From NCBI RefSeq assembly GCF_009914755.1, contig NC_060948.1: DNA of 64,000 nucleotides; one strand, 5' to 3'. This stretch comes from the human T2T-CHM13v2.0 reference genome, Homo sapiens. Positions 13,601 to 28,459 of this stretch are shown in pieces. The notes beneath the pieces are model-generated. The model had not been told where the DNA came from. It did not search any database and was given only the letters and a program-made list of their open reading frames with translations. A program made the translations under genes and the position numbers. Position 1 is the first letter of the stretch, and every line of letters begins with the position of its first letter.

Positions 13601-14228
13601 GAAACGGAAAGGAAAGGAATGGAATGGAACGGAATGGGCTGGAATGGAAAGGAATCGAAACGAATGGAATGGAATCGAACTGAAGAGACTGGAATGGAAT
13701 GCAGTGGAATGGAAGGGAGTGTAATGGAAGGTTCTCGAAAAAAATGGAATCGAATGGAATGGAATTGAATGGAACGGAATAGAGTCGAATGGAATTGAAT
13801 GGAATGGAATGGACTAGAGTGAAATGGAATCGAACCACAAGGAATGGACAGGAATAGAATGGTCTCGAATTGAATGGAATCGTATGGAATGACATCAAAC
13901 GGAATGGAATGGACACCCACGGAATGGAATGCACTCGAATGCAATGGAGTCGAAACTAATAGACTGGAATAGAATGGACTCGACTGGTACGGACTCCAAT
14001 GGAATGGAATCGAATGGAAGGGAATCGAACGGAATGGACTCGAAGGGAAAAGACTGCAATGGAAAGGTCTCGAATGGAATGGAAATTAATGGAATGGAAT
14101 GGAATCGAATGAAATGGAGTCAAAAGGAATGGAATCGAATGGCAAGAAATCGAATGTAATGGAATCGCAAGGAATTGATGTGAACGGAACGGAATGGAAT
14201 GGAATCCAAAGGAATGGAATAGAATGGA
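10670..14228. repeat. DYZ1 unit U4 (3559 bp)
   Basis: Landmark spacing; proximal-half variants shared with U5. Confidence 0.9.
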
Positions 14229-17200
14229 ATGGAATCGAATGGAAAGGACTCGAATGGAAATCACTCGAATAGAATGCAATTTAATAAAATAGGATCAAAT
14301 GGAATGGAATGGAATGGAAAGGAATCGAAACGAAAGGAATGGAGACAGATGGAATGGAATGGAACAGAGAGCAATGGTATAGAATGGAATGGAATCATGT
14401 GGAATGGAATTGAATGGAATGGAATAATATGAAATGGAATGGAATGGAATGCCCTTGAATTAAATGGACTGGAATGGAATGGACTCGAACAGAGTGGAAT
14501 GGAAAGTGTTGAGATAGAATGGAATGGACTCCTTTGGAATGGTGTAGTATGCAATGCAATCGACTGGCAGGGAATCAAAAGGAATGTAATGGAATGGATT
14601 GGACTGGAATGCAATGGACTCGAATAGATTGGAAACGGAATGCAAAGGAATGGAATGGAATAGTATGGAATGGAATGGAAAGGAATGGAGTGGAATAGAC
14701 TAGAGTGGAATGGAATGGACTGGAAAGCAATGGACTGGAATGGAACTTTCTTGAATGGACTGGAATCAAACGGAATGGAATGCAATGCAATCAAATGGCA
14801 TGGAATAAAATAGAATGAAAGAGAATCAAATGGAATTGAATCGAATGGAATCGAATGGATTGGAAAGGAATAGAATGGAATGGAATGGAATGGACTAGAA
14901 TGGAATGGATTCGAATGGAAGGCAAAGGAATGGAATCTATTGGAATGGACTGTAATGGAATGGAATGGAAGGGATTGGAATGGACTCGAATGGAATGGAC
15001 TGCAATAGAAAGGATTCGAATGGAATGAAAAAGAATTGAATGGAATAGAACAGAATGGAATCAAATCGAATGAAATGGAATGGAATAGAAAGGAATGGAA
15101 TGAAATGGAATGGAAAGGATTCGAATGGAATGCAATCGAATGGAATGGAATCGAACGGAATGGAATAAAATGGAAGAAAACTGGCAAGAAATGGAATCGA
15201 AATGAATGGAGTGTTATGGAACGGACTCAAAAGGAATTGAATGTAATAGAATGGAGTGTAGTGGATTCGAATATAATGGACTGGAATGGAATGAAATCAC
15301 ATGGAATGGGAACGAATGGAATGGAATGGAAAGGAATGGAATCGAATGGAAAGGAATCGAATGGAAGGGAATGAAATTGAATCAACAGGAATGGAAGGGA
15401 ATAGAATAGACGGTAATGGAATGGACTCGAATAGAATGGACACGAATGCTCAAATTGAATGGACTCGAGTGGAATGGAAACGAAAGGAATGTCATCGAAT
15501 GGAATTGAATCGATTGGAATGAAATCGCATAGAATGGAGTGGAATCAAATGGAATTGAATCGAAAGGAAAGGAAGCGAATGGACTGAAATGAAATGGAAT
15601 GGAATTGAATGGAAAGTAATGCAATGGAATAGAATGGAACGAAATTTCACGGAATGGAATCAAACTGAATGGAATCAAATCAATGGAATCAAATCAAATG
15701 GAATGGAAAGGAATTGAATGGAGTAGATTGGATTGGATGGGATTGGAATGAAATGTACTGGAAAGGACTCGAATTTCATGAAACGGAATGGAATGAATTG
15801 GAACGGAATGGACTCGAATGGAATGGAATGTCATGGAATGGCATCAAATGGAATGGCATCAAATGGAATGGAATCGAATGCAATGGAATGCTATGGAATG
15901 GAATGGAATGCATTGGAATGGAATGTCCTCTAATGGAATGGATTCGAGTGGAATGGAATCGAATATAATGGAGTCGAATGAAATGGAATTGAAAGGAATG
16001 GGATCGAATTCAATGGAATATACTGGAATGTAATGTAATGAACTCGAATGTAATTGACTGGAATGGAATGTACATGAATGGAATGTAATCGAATGGAAAG
16101 TAATCCAATGGAATAGAATCTAATGCAATAAAATCGACTCAGATATAGTAGAATGTAATGGAATGGAGTGCAGTGCAATGGAATGGAATGGAATGGAATG
16201 CAATGGAATGGAATGGAATGGAATGGAATGGAATGGAATGGAATGGAATGGAATGGAATGGGATGGAATGGTATGGAATGGATAGTAATGGACTGGAGTG
16301 AAATGGACTGGAAAGGAATGGACTCAAATTGAAAGGGCTCGAAAGGAATGCAGTCAAATGCAATGGTCTGGAATGGAATGAACACGAATGTATTGCAATC
16401 CAATAGAATGGAATCGAATGGCATGGAATATAAAGAAATGGAATCGAAGAGAATGGAAACAAATGGAATGGAATTGAATGGAATGGAATTGAATAGAATG
16501 GGAACGAATGGAATCAAATTGTATGCAGTAGAAGAGAATAGAATGGAATGCAAGCGAAAGGAAAGGAATGGATTGGAATGGAATGGAATTCATTGGAATG
16601 CAAGGGAATGTAGTGTAATGGACAGGCCTGGAATAAAGTGGAATGCTACGGTCTCGAATGGAATAAAAATGTATGGAATGGAATGCAATGAAACGGAATC
16701 GAATGTCATAGAATGTAATGGAATGCAAAAAAATGGAATCCAAAATCATTGACTGGAAAGGCTGGGTGTCGAAAGGAATTGACTCCAATGGAATGGAATC
16801 AAATGGAATGGAAGTGAATAGAATCGAACTAAATCGAATGGAATGGAATTGATAGGAACGGAATGGAAAGGAATGCAATGATTTGGCATGGAATGGAATC
16901 GAATGGCATCGAATGGAATGGAATGGAATGCAATGGAATGGAATGTATTAGAATGTAATGAACTTTAATGGAATGTACTCGAATGGATTCGACTGGAATG
17001 GAATGTTCTGGAAGTGAATGGACTCCAATGGAATGGATTCAAAAGGAATGGAATCGTACGGAATGGAATCTAATGGAATGGAATTAAATGGAAATGAATC
17101 AAATTGAATAGCACGGAATTGAATTGAATGGAATGGAATGCAATGGAAACTAATGAAACGGAAAGGAAAGGAATGGAATGGAATGGAATGGGCTGGAATG

Positions 17201-17782
17201 GAAAGGAATCGAAACGAATGGAATGGAATCGAACTGAAGAGACTGGAATGGAATGCACTGGAATGGAAGGGAGTGTAATGGAAGGTTCTCGAAAAAAATG
17301 GAATCGAATGGAATGGAATTGAATGGAACGGAATAGAGTCGAATGGAATTGAATGGAATGGAATGGACTAGAGTGAAATGGAATCGAACCACAAGGAATG
17401 GAGAGGAATAGAATGGTCTCGAATTGAATGGAATCGTATGGAATGGCATCAAACGGAATGGAATGGACAGCCACGGAATGGAATGCACTCGAATGCAATG
17501 GAGTCGAAACTAATGGACTGGAATAGAATGGACTCGACTGGTACGGACTCCAATGGAATGGAATCGAATGGAAGGGAATCGAACGGAATGGACTCGAAGG
17601 GAAAAGACTGCAATGGAAAGGTCTCGAATGGAATGGAAATTAATGGAATGGAATGGAATCGAATGAAAAGGAGTCAAAAGGAATGGAATCGAATGGCAAG
17701 AAATCGAATGTAATGGAATCGCAAGGAATTGATGTGAACGGAACGGAATGGAATGGAATCCAAAGGAATGGAATAGAATGGA
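14229..17782. repeat. DYZ1 unit U5 (3554 bp); mosaic, with an extra EcoRI site at 16006-16011
   Basis: Landmark spacing; GGATCGAATTCAAT variant. Confidence 0.9.
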
Positions 17783-20700
17783 ATGGAATCGAATGGAAAG
17801 GACTCGAATGGAAATCACTCGAATAGAATGCAATTTAATAAAATAGGATCAAATGTAATGGAATGGAATGGAAAGGAATCGAAACGAAAGGAATGGAGAC
17901 AGATGGAATGGAATGGAACAGAGAGCAATGGTATAGAATGGAATGGAATCATGTGGAATGGAATTGAATGGAATGGAATAATATGAAATGGAATGGAATG
18001 GAATGGAATGGAATGCCCTTGAATTAAATGGACTGGAATGGAATGGACTCGAACAGAGTGGAATGGAAAGTGTTGAGATAGAATGGAATGGACTCCTTTG
18101 GAATGGTGTAGTATGCAATGCAATCGACTGGCAGGGAATCAAAAGGAATGTAATGGAATGGATTGGACTGGAATGCAATGGACTCGAATAGATTGGAAAC
18201 GGAATGCAAAGGAATGGAATGGAATAGTATGGAATGGAATGGAAAGGAATGGAGTGGAATAGACTAGAGTGGAATGGAATGGACTGGAAAGCAATGGACT
18301 GGAATGGAACTTTCTTGAATGGACTGGAATCAAACGGAATGGAATGCAATGCAATCAAATGGCATGGAATAAAATAGAATGAAAGAGAATCAAATGGAAT
18401 TGAATCGAATGGAATCGAATGGATTGGAAAGGAATAGAATGGAATGGAATGGAATGGACTAGAATGGAATGGATTCGAATGGAAGGCAAAGGAATGGAAT
18501 CTATTGGAATGGACTGTAATGGAATGGAATGGAAGGGATTGGAATGGACTCGAATGGAATGGACTGCAATAGAAAGGATTCGAATGGAATGAAAAAGAAT
18601 TGAATGGAATAGAACAGAATGGAATCAAATCGAATGAAATGGAATGGAATAGAAAGGAATGGAATGAAATGGAATGGAAAGGATTCGAATGGAATGCAAT
18701 CGAATGGAATGGAATCGAACGGAATGGAATAAAATGGAAGAAAACTGGCAAGAAATGGAATCGAAATGAATGGAGTGTTATGGAACGGACTCAAAAGGAA
18801 TTGAATGTAATAGAATGGAGTGGAGTGGACTCGAATATAATGGACTGGAATGGAATGAAATCACATGGAATGGGAACGAATGGAATGGAATGGAAAGGAA
18901 TGGAATCGAATGGAAAGGAATCGAATGGAAGGGAATGCAATTGAATCAACAGGAATGGAAGGGAATAGAATAGACGGTAATGGAATGGACTCGAATAGAA
19001 TGGACACGAATGCTGAAATTGAATGGACTCGAATGGAATGGAAACGAAAGGAATGTCATCGAATGGAATTGAATCGATTGGAATGAAATCGCATAGAATG
19101 GAGTGGAATCAAATGGAATTGAATCGAAAGGAAAGGAAGCGAATGGACTGAAATGAAATGGAATGGAATTGAATGGAAAGTAATGCAATGGAATAGAATG
19201 GAACGAAATTTCACGGAATGGAATCAAACTGAATGGAATCAAATCAATGGAATCAAATCAAATGGAATGGAAAGGAATTGAATGGAGTAGATTGGATTGG
19301 ATGGGATTGGAATGAAATGTACTGGAAAGGACTCGAATTTCATGAAACGGAATGGAATGAATTAGAACGGAATGGACTCGAATGGAATGGAATGTCATGG
19401 AATGGCATCAAATGGAATGGCATCAAATGGAATGGAATAGAATGCAATGGAATGCTAAGGAATGGAATGGAATGCATTGGAATGGAATGTCCTCTAATGG
19501 AATGGATTCGAGTGGAATGGAATCGAATATAATGGAGTCGAATGAAATGGAATTGGAAGGAATGGGATCGAATACAATGGAATATACTGGAATGTAATGT
19601 AATGAACTCGAATGTAATTGACTGGAATGGAATGTACATGAATGGAATGTAATCGAATGGAAAGTAATCCAATGGAATAGAATCTAATGCAATAAAATCG
19701 ACTCAGATAGAGTAGAATGTAATGGAATGGAGTGCAGTGCAATGGAATGGAATGGAATGGAATGCAATGGAATGGAATGGAATGGAATGGAATGGAATGG
19801 AATGGAATGGGATGGAATGGTATGGAATGGACAGTAATGGACTGGAGTGAAATGGACTGGAAAGGAATGGACTCAAATTGAAAGGGCTCGAAAGGAATAG
19901 AGACAAATGGAATGGTCTGGAATGGAATGAACACGAATGTAATGCAATCCAATAGAATGGAATCGAATGGCATGGAATATAAAGAAATGGAATCGAAGAG
20001 AATGGAAACAAATGGAATGGAATTGAATGGAATGGAATTGAATGGAATGGGAACGAATGGAGTGAAATTGTATGCAGTAGAAGGGAATAGAATGGAATGC
20101 AAGCGAAAGGAAAGGAATGGATTAGAATGGAATGGAATTCATTGGAATGGAAGGGAATGTAGTGTAATGGACAGGCCTGGAATAAAGTGGAATGCTACGG
20201 TCTCGAATGGAATAAAAATGTATGGAATGGAATGCAATGAAACGGAATCGAATGTCATAGAATGTAATGGAATGCAACAAAATGGAATCCAAAATCATTG
20301 ACTGGAAAGGCTGGGTGTCGAAAGGAATTGACTCCAATGGAATGGAATCGAATGGAATGGAAGTGAATAGAATCGAACTAAATTGAATGGAATGGAATTG
20401 ATAGGAACGGAATGGAAAGGAATGCAATGATTTGGCATGGAATGGAATCGAATGGCATCGAATGGAGTGGAATGGAATGCAATGGAATGGAATGTATTAG
20501 AATGTAATGAACTTTAATGGAATGTACTCGAATGGATTCGACTGGAATGGAATGTTCTGGAAGTGAATGGACTCCAATGGAATGGATTCAAAAGGTATGG
20601 AATCGTACGGAATGGAATCCAATGGGATGGAATTAAATGGAAATGAATCAAATTGAATAGCACGGAATTGAATTGAATGGAATGGAATGCAATGGAATCT

Positions 20701-21331
20701 AATGAAACGGAAAGGAAAGGAATGGAATGGAATGGAATGGGCTGGAATGGAAAGGAATCGAAACGAATGGAATGGAATCGAACTGAAGAGACTGGAATGG
20801 AATGCACTGGAATGGAAGGGAGTGTAATGGAAGGTTCTCGAAAAAAATGGAATCGAATGGAATGGAATTGAATGGAACGGAATAGAGTCGAATGGAATTG
20901 AATGGAATGGAATGGACTAGAGTGAAATGGAATCGAACCACAAGGAATGGACAGGAATAGAATGGTCTCGAATTGAATGGGATCGTATGGAATGGCATCA
21001 AACGGAATGGAATGGACAGCCACGGAATGGAATGCACTCGAATGCAATGGAGTCGAAACTAATGGACTGGAATAGAATGGACTCGACTGGTACGGACTCC
21101 AATGGAATGGAATCGAATGGAAGGGAATCGAACGGAATGGACTCGAAGGGAAAAGACTGCAATGGAAAGGTCTCGAATGGAATGGAAATTAATGGAATGG
21201 AATGGAATCGAATGAAATGGAGTCAAAAGGAATGGAATCGAATGGCAAGAAATCGAATGTAATGGAATCGCAAGGAATTGATGTGAACGGAACGGAATGG
21301 AATGGAATCCAAAGGAATGGAATAGAATGGA
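17783..21331. repeat. DYZ1 unit U6 (3549 bp)
   Basis: Landmark spacing; distal variants shared with U16. Confidence 0.9.
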
Positions 21332-24300
21332 ATGGAATCGAATGGAAAGGACTCGAATGGAAATCACTGGAATAGAATGCAATTTAATAAAATAGGAACA
21401 AATGTAATGGAATGGAATGGAAAGGAATCGAAATGAAAGGAATGGAGACAGATGGAATGGAATGGAATAGAGAGCAATGGTATAGAATGGAATGGAATCA
21501 TCTGGAATGGAATTGAATGGAATGGAATAATATGAAATGGAATGGAATGGAATGGAATGGAATGGAATGCCCTTGAATTAAATGGACTGGACTCGAACAG
21601 AGTGGAATGGAAAGTGTTGAGATAGAATGGAATGGACTCCTTTGGAATGGTGTAGTATGCAATGCAATCGACTGGCATGGAATCAAAAGGAATGTAATGG
21701 AATGGATTGGACTGGAATGCAATGGACTCGAATAGATTGCAAACGGAATGCAAAGGAATGGAATGGAATAGTATGGAATGGAATGGAAAGGAATGGAGTG
21801 GAATAGACTAGAGTGGAATGGAATGGACTGGAAAGCAATGGACTGGAATGGAACTTTCTTGAATGGACTGGAATCAAACGGAATGGAATGCAATGCAATC
21901 AAATGGCATGGAATAAAATAGAATGAAAGAGAATCAAATGGAATTGAATCGAATGGAATCGAATGGATTGGAAAGGAATAGAATGGAATGGAATGGAATT
22001 GACTCAAATGGAATGGACTAGAATGGAATGGATTCGAATGGAAGGCAAAGGAATGGAATCTATTGGAATGGACTGTAATGGAATGGAATGGAAGGGATTG
22101 GAATGGACTCGAATGGAATGGACTGCAATAGAAAGGATTCGAATGGAATGAAAAAGAATTGAATGGAATAGAACAGAATGGAATCAAATCGAATGAAATG
22201 GAATGGAATAGAAAGGAATGGAATGAAATGGAATGGAAAGGATTCGAATGGAATGCAATCGAATGGAATGGAATCGAACGGAATGGAATAAAATGGAAGA
22301 AAACAGGCAAGAAATGGAATCGAAAGGAATGGAGTGTTATGGAACGGACTCAAAAGGAATTGAATGTAATAGAATGGAGTGGAGTGGACTCGAATATAAT
22401 GGACTGGAATGGAATGAAATCACATGGAATGGGAACGAATGGAATGGAATGGAAAGGAATGGAATCGAATGGAAAGGAATCGAATGGAAGGGAATGCAAT
22501 TGAATCAACAGGAATGGAAGGGAATAGAATAGACGGTAATGGAATGGACTCGAATAGAATGGACACGAATGCTGAAATTGAATGGACTCGAATGGAATGG
22601 AAACGAAAGGAATGTCATCGAATGGAATTGAATCGATTGGAATGAAATCGCATAGAATGGAGTGGAATCAAATGGAATTGAATCGAAAGGAAAGGAAGCG
22701 AATGGACTGAAATGAAATGGAATGGAATTGAATGGAAAGTAATGCAATGGAATAGAATGGAACGAAATTTCACGGAATGGAATCAAACTGAATGGAATCA
22801 AATCAATGGAATCAAATCAAATGGAATGGAAAGGAATTGAATGGAGTAGATTGGATTGGATGGGATTGGAATGAAATGTACTGGAAAGGACTCGAATTTC
22901 ATGAAACGGAATGGAATGAATTGGAACGGAATGGACTCGAATGGAATGGAATGTCATGGAATGGCATCAAATGGAATGGCATCAAATGGAATGGAATCGA
23001 ATACAATGGAATGCTATGGAATGGAATGGAATGCATTGGAATGGAATGTCCCCTAATGGAATGGATTCGAGTGGAATGGAATCGAATATAATGGAGTCGA
23101 ATGAAATGGAATTGAAAAGAATGGGATCGAATAGAATGGAATATACTGGAATGTAATGTAATGAACTCGAATGTAATTGACTGGAATGGAATGTACATGA
23201 ATGGAATGTAATCGAATGGAAAGTAATCCAATGGAATAGAATCTAATGCAATAAAATCGACTCAGATAGAGTAGAATGTAATGGAATGGAGTGCAGTGCA
23301 ATGGAATGGAATGGAATGGAATGCAATGGAATGGAATGGAATGGAATGGAATGGAATGGAATGGGATGGAATGGTATGGAATGGATAGTAGTGGACTGGA
23401 GTGAAATGGACTGGAAAGGAATGGACTCAAATTGAAAGGGCTCGAAAGGAATGGAGTCAAATGGAATGGTCTGGAATGGAATGAACACGAATGTAATGCA
23501 ATCCAATAGAATGGAATCGAATGGCATGGAATATAAAGAAATGGAATCGAAGAGAATGGAAACAAATGGAATGGAATTGAATGGAATGGAATTGAATGGA
23601 ATGGGAACGAATGGAGTGAAATTGTATGCAGTAGAAGGGAATAGAATGGAATGCAAGCGAAAGGAAAGGAATGGATTGGAATGGAATGGAATTCATTGGA
23701 ATGGAAGGGAATGTAGTGTAATGGACAGGCCTGGAATAAAGTGGAATGCTACGGTCTCGAATGGAATAAAAATGTATGGAATGGAATGCAATGAAACGGA
23801 ATCGAATGTCATAGAATGTAATGGAATGCAAAAAAATGGAATCCAAAATCATTGACTGGAAAGGCTGGGTGTCGAAAGGAATTGACTCCAATTGAATGGA
23901 ATCGAATGGAGTGGAAGTGAATAGAATTGAACTAAATCGAATGGAATGGAATTGATAGGAACGGAATGGAAAGGAATGCAATGATTTGGCACGGAATGGA
24001 ATCGAATGGCATCGAATGGAATGGAATGGAATGCAATGGAATGGAACGTATTAGAATGTAATGAACTTTAATGGAATGTACTCGAATGGATTCGACTGGA
24101 ATGGAATGTTCTGGAAGTGAATGGACTCCAATGGAATGGATTCAAAAGGAATGGAATCGTACGGAATGGAATCTAATGGAATGGAATTAAATGGAAATGA
24201 ATTAAATTGAATAGCACGGAATTGAATTGAATGGAATCGAATGCAATGGAATCTAATGAAACGGAAAGGAAAGGAATGGAATGGAATGGAATGGGCTGGA

Positions 24301-24885
24301 ATGGAAAGGAATCGAAACGAATGGAATGGAATCGAACTGAAGAGACTTGAATGGAATGCACTGGAATGGAAGGGAGTGTAATGGAAGGTTCTCGAAAATA
24401 ATGGAATCGAATGGAATGGAATTGAATGGAACGGAATAGAGTCGAATGGAATTGAATGGAATGGAATGGACTAGAGTGAAATGGAATCGAACCACAAGGA
24501 ATGGACAGGAATAGAATGGTCTCGAATTGAATGGAATCGTATGGAATGGCATCAAACGGAATGGAATGGACAGCCACGGAATGGAATGCACTCGAATGCA
24601 ATGGAGTCGAAACTAATGGACTGGAATAGAATGGACTCGACTGGTACGGACTCCAATGGAATGGAATCGAATGGAAGGGAATCGAACGGAATGGACTCGA
24701 AGGGAAAAGACTGCAATGGAAAGGTCTCGAATGGAATGGAAATTAATGGAATGGAATGGAATCGAATGAAATGGAGTCAAAAGGAATGGAATCGAATGGC
24801 AAGAAATCGAATGTAATGGAATCGCAAGGAATTGATGTGAACGGAACGGAATGGAATGGAATCCAAAGGAATGGAACAGAATGGA
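21332..24885. repeat. DYZ1 unit U7 (3554 bp)
   Basis: Landmark spacing; 10-bp deletion near 21590 shared with U17. Confidence 0.9.
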
Positions 24886-27800
24886 ATGGAATCGAATGGA
24901 AAGGACTCGAATGGAAATCACTCGAATAGAATGCAATTTAATAAAATAGGATCAAATGTAATGGAATGGAATGGAAAGGAATCGAAACGAAAGGAATGGA
25001 GACAGATGGAATGGAATGGAACAGAGAGCAATGGTATAGAATGGAATGGAATCATCTGGAATGGAATTGAATGGAATGGAATAATATGAAATGGAATGGA
25101 ATGGAATGGAATGGAATGCCCTTGAATTAAATGGACTGGAATGGAATGGACTCGAACAGAGTGGAATGGAAAGTGTTGAGATAGAATGGAATGGACTCCT
25201 TTGGAATGGTCTAGTATGCAATGCAATCGACTGGCAGGGAATCAAAAGGAATGTAATCGAATGGATTGGACTGGAATGCAATGGACTCGAATAGATTGGA
25301 AACGGAATGCAAAGGAATGGAATGGAATAGTATGGAATGGAATGGAAAGGAATGGAGTGGAATAGACTAGAGTGGAATGGAATGGACTGGAAAGCAATGG
25401 ACTGGAATGGAACTTTCTTGAATGGACTGGAATCAAACGGAATGGAATGCAATGCAATCAAATGGCATGGAATAAAATAGAATGAAAGAGAATCAAATGG
25501 AATTGAATCGAATGGAATCGAATGGATTGGAAAGGAATAGAATGGAATGGAATGGAATTGACTCAAATGGAATGGACTAGAATGGAATGGATTCGAATGG
25601 AAGGCAAAGGAATGGAATCTATTGGAATGGACTGTAATGGAATGGAATGGAAGGGATTGGAATGGACTCGAATGGAATGGACTGCAATAGAAAGGATTCG
25701 AATGGAATGAAAAAGAATTGAATGGAATAGAACAGAATGGAATCAAATCGAATGAAATGGAATGGAATAGAAAGGAATGGAATGAAATGGAATGGAAAGG
25801 ATTCGAATGGAATGCAATCGAATGGAATGGAATCAAACGGAATGGAATAAAATGGAAGAAAACTGGCAAGAAATGGAATCGAAATGAATGGAGTGTTATG
25901 GAACGGACTCAAAAGGAATTGAATGTAATAGAATGGAGTGGAGTGGACTCGAATATAATGGACTGGAATGGAATGAAATCACATGGAATGGGAACGAATG
26001 GAATGGAATGGAAAGGAATGGAATCGAATGGAAAGGAATCGAATGGAAGGGAATGAAATTGAATCAACAGGAATGGAAGGGAATAGAATAGACGGTAATG
26101 GAATGGACTCGAATAGAATGGACACGAATGCTCAAATTGAATGGACTCGAATGGAATGGAAACGAAAGGAATGTCATCGAATGGAATTGAATCGATTGGA
26201 ATGAAATCGCATAGAATGGAGTGGAATCAAATGGAATTGAATCGAAAGGAAAGGAAGCGAATGGACTGAAATGAAATGGAATGGAATTGAATGGAAAGTA
26301 ATGCAATGGAATAGAATGGAACGAAATTTCACGGAATGGAATCAAACTGAATGGAATCAAATCAATGGAATCAAACCAAATGGAATGGAAAGGAATTGAA
26401 TGGAGTAGATTGGATTGGATGGGATTGGAATGAAATGTACTGGAAAGGACTCGAATTTCATGAAACGGAATGGAATGAATTGGAACGGAATGGACTCGAA
26501 TGGAATGGAATGTCATGGAATGGCATCAAATGGAATGGCATCAAATGGAATGGAATCGAATGCAATGGAATGCTATGGAATGGAATGGAATGCATTGGAA
26601 TGGAATGTCCCCTAATGGAATGGATTCGAGTGGAATGGAATCGAATATAATGGAGTCGAATGAAATGGAATTGAAAGGAATGGGATCGAATAGAATGGAA
26701 TATACTGGAATGTAATGTAATGAACTCGAATGTAATTGACTGGAATGGAATGTACATGAATGGAATGTAATCGAATGGAAAGTAATCCAATGGAATAGAA
26801 TCTAATGCAATAAAACCGACTCAGATAGAGTAGAATGTAATGGAATGGAGTGCAGTGCAATGGAAGGGAATGGAATTGAATGCAATGGAATGGAATGGAA
26901 TGGAATGGAGTGGAATGGAATGGAATGGAATGGAATGGGATGGAATGGTATGGAATGGATAGTAATGGACTGGAGTGAAATGGACTGGAAAGGAATGGAC
27001 TCAAATTGAAAGGGCTCGAAAGGAATGGAGTCAAATGGAATGGTCTGGAATGGAATGAACACGAATGTAATGCAATCCAATAGAATGGAATCGAATGGCA
27101 TGGAATATAAAGAAATGGAATCGAAGAGAATGGAAACAAATGGAATGGAATTGAATGGAATGGAATTGAATGGAATGGGAACGAATGGAGTGAAATTGTA
27201 TGCAGTAGAAGGGAATAGAATGGAATGCAAGCGAAAGGAAAGGAATGGATTGGAATGGAATGGAATTCATTGGAATGGAAGGGAATGTAGTGTAATGGAC
27301 AGGCCTGGAATAAAGTGGAATGCTACGGTCTCGAATGGAATAAAAATGTATGGAATGGAATGCAATGAAACGGAATCGAATGTCATAGAATGTAATGGAA
27401 TGCAAAAAAATGGAATCCAAAATCATTGACTGGAAAGGCTGGGTGTCGAAAGGAATTGACTCCAATGGAATGGAATCGAATGGAATGGAAGTGAATAGAA
27501 TCGAACTAAATCGAATGGAATGGAATTGATAGGAACGGAATGGAAAGGAATGCAATGATTTGGCATGGAATGGAATCGAATGGCATCGAATGGAATGGAA
27601 TGGAATGCAATGGAATGGAATGTATTAGAATGTAATGAACTTTAATGGAATGTACTCGAATGGATTCGACTGGAATGGAATGTTCTGGAAGTGAATGGAC
27701 TCCAATGGAATGGATTCCAAAGGAATGGAATCGTACGGAATGGAATCTAATGGAATGGAATTAAATGGAAATGAATCAAATTGAATAGCACGGAATTGAA

Positions 27801-28459
27801 TTGAATGGAATGGAATGCAATGGAATCTAATGAAACGGAAAGGAAAGTAATGGAATGGAATGGAATGGACTGGAATGGAAAGGAATCGAAACGAATGGAA
27901 TGGAATCGAACTGAAGAGACTGGAATGGAATGCACTGGAATGGAAGGGAGTGTAATGGAAGGTTCTCGAAAAAAATGGAATCGAATGGAATGGAATTGAA
28001 TGGAACGGAATAGAGTCGAATGGAATTGAATGGAATGGAATGGACTAGAGTGAAATGGAATCGAACCACAAGGAATGGACATGAATAGAATGGTCTCGAA
28101 TTGAATGGAATCGTATGGAATGGCATCAAACGGAATGGAATGGACAGCCACGGAATGGAATGCACTCGAATGCAATGGAGTCGAAACTAATGGACTGGAA
28201 TAGAATGGACTCGACTGGTACGGACTCCAATGGAATGGAATCGAATGGAAGGGAATCGAACGGAATGGACTCGAAGGGAAATGACTGCAATGGAAAGGTC
28301 TCGAATGGAATGGAAATTAATGGAATGGAATGGAATCGAATGAAATGGAGTCAAAAGGAATGGAATCGAATGGCAAGAAATCGAATGTAATGGAATCACA
28401 AGGAATTGATGTGAACGGAACGGAATGGAATGGAATCCAAAGGAATGGAATAGAATGGA
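24886..28459. repeat. DYZ1 unit U8 (3574 bp)
   Basis: Landmark spacing; first unit with the GGTCTAGT allele. Confidence 0.9.
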
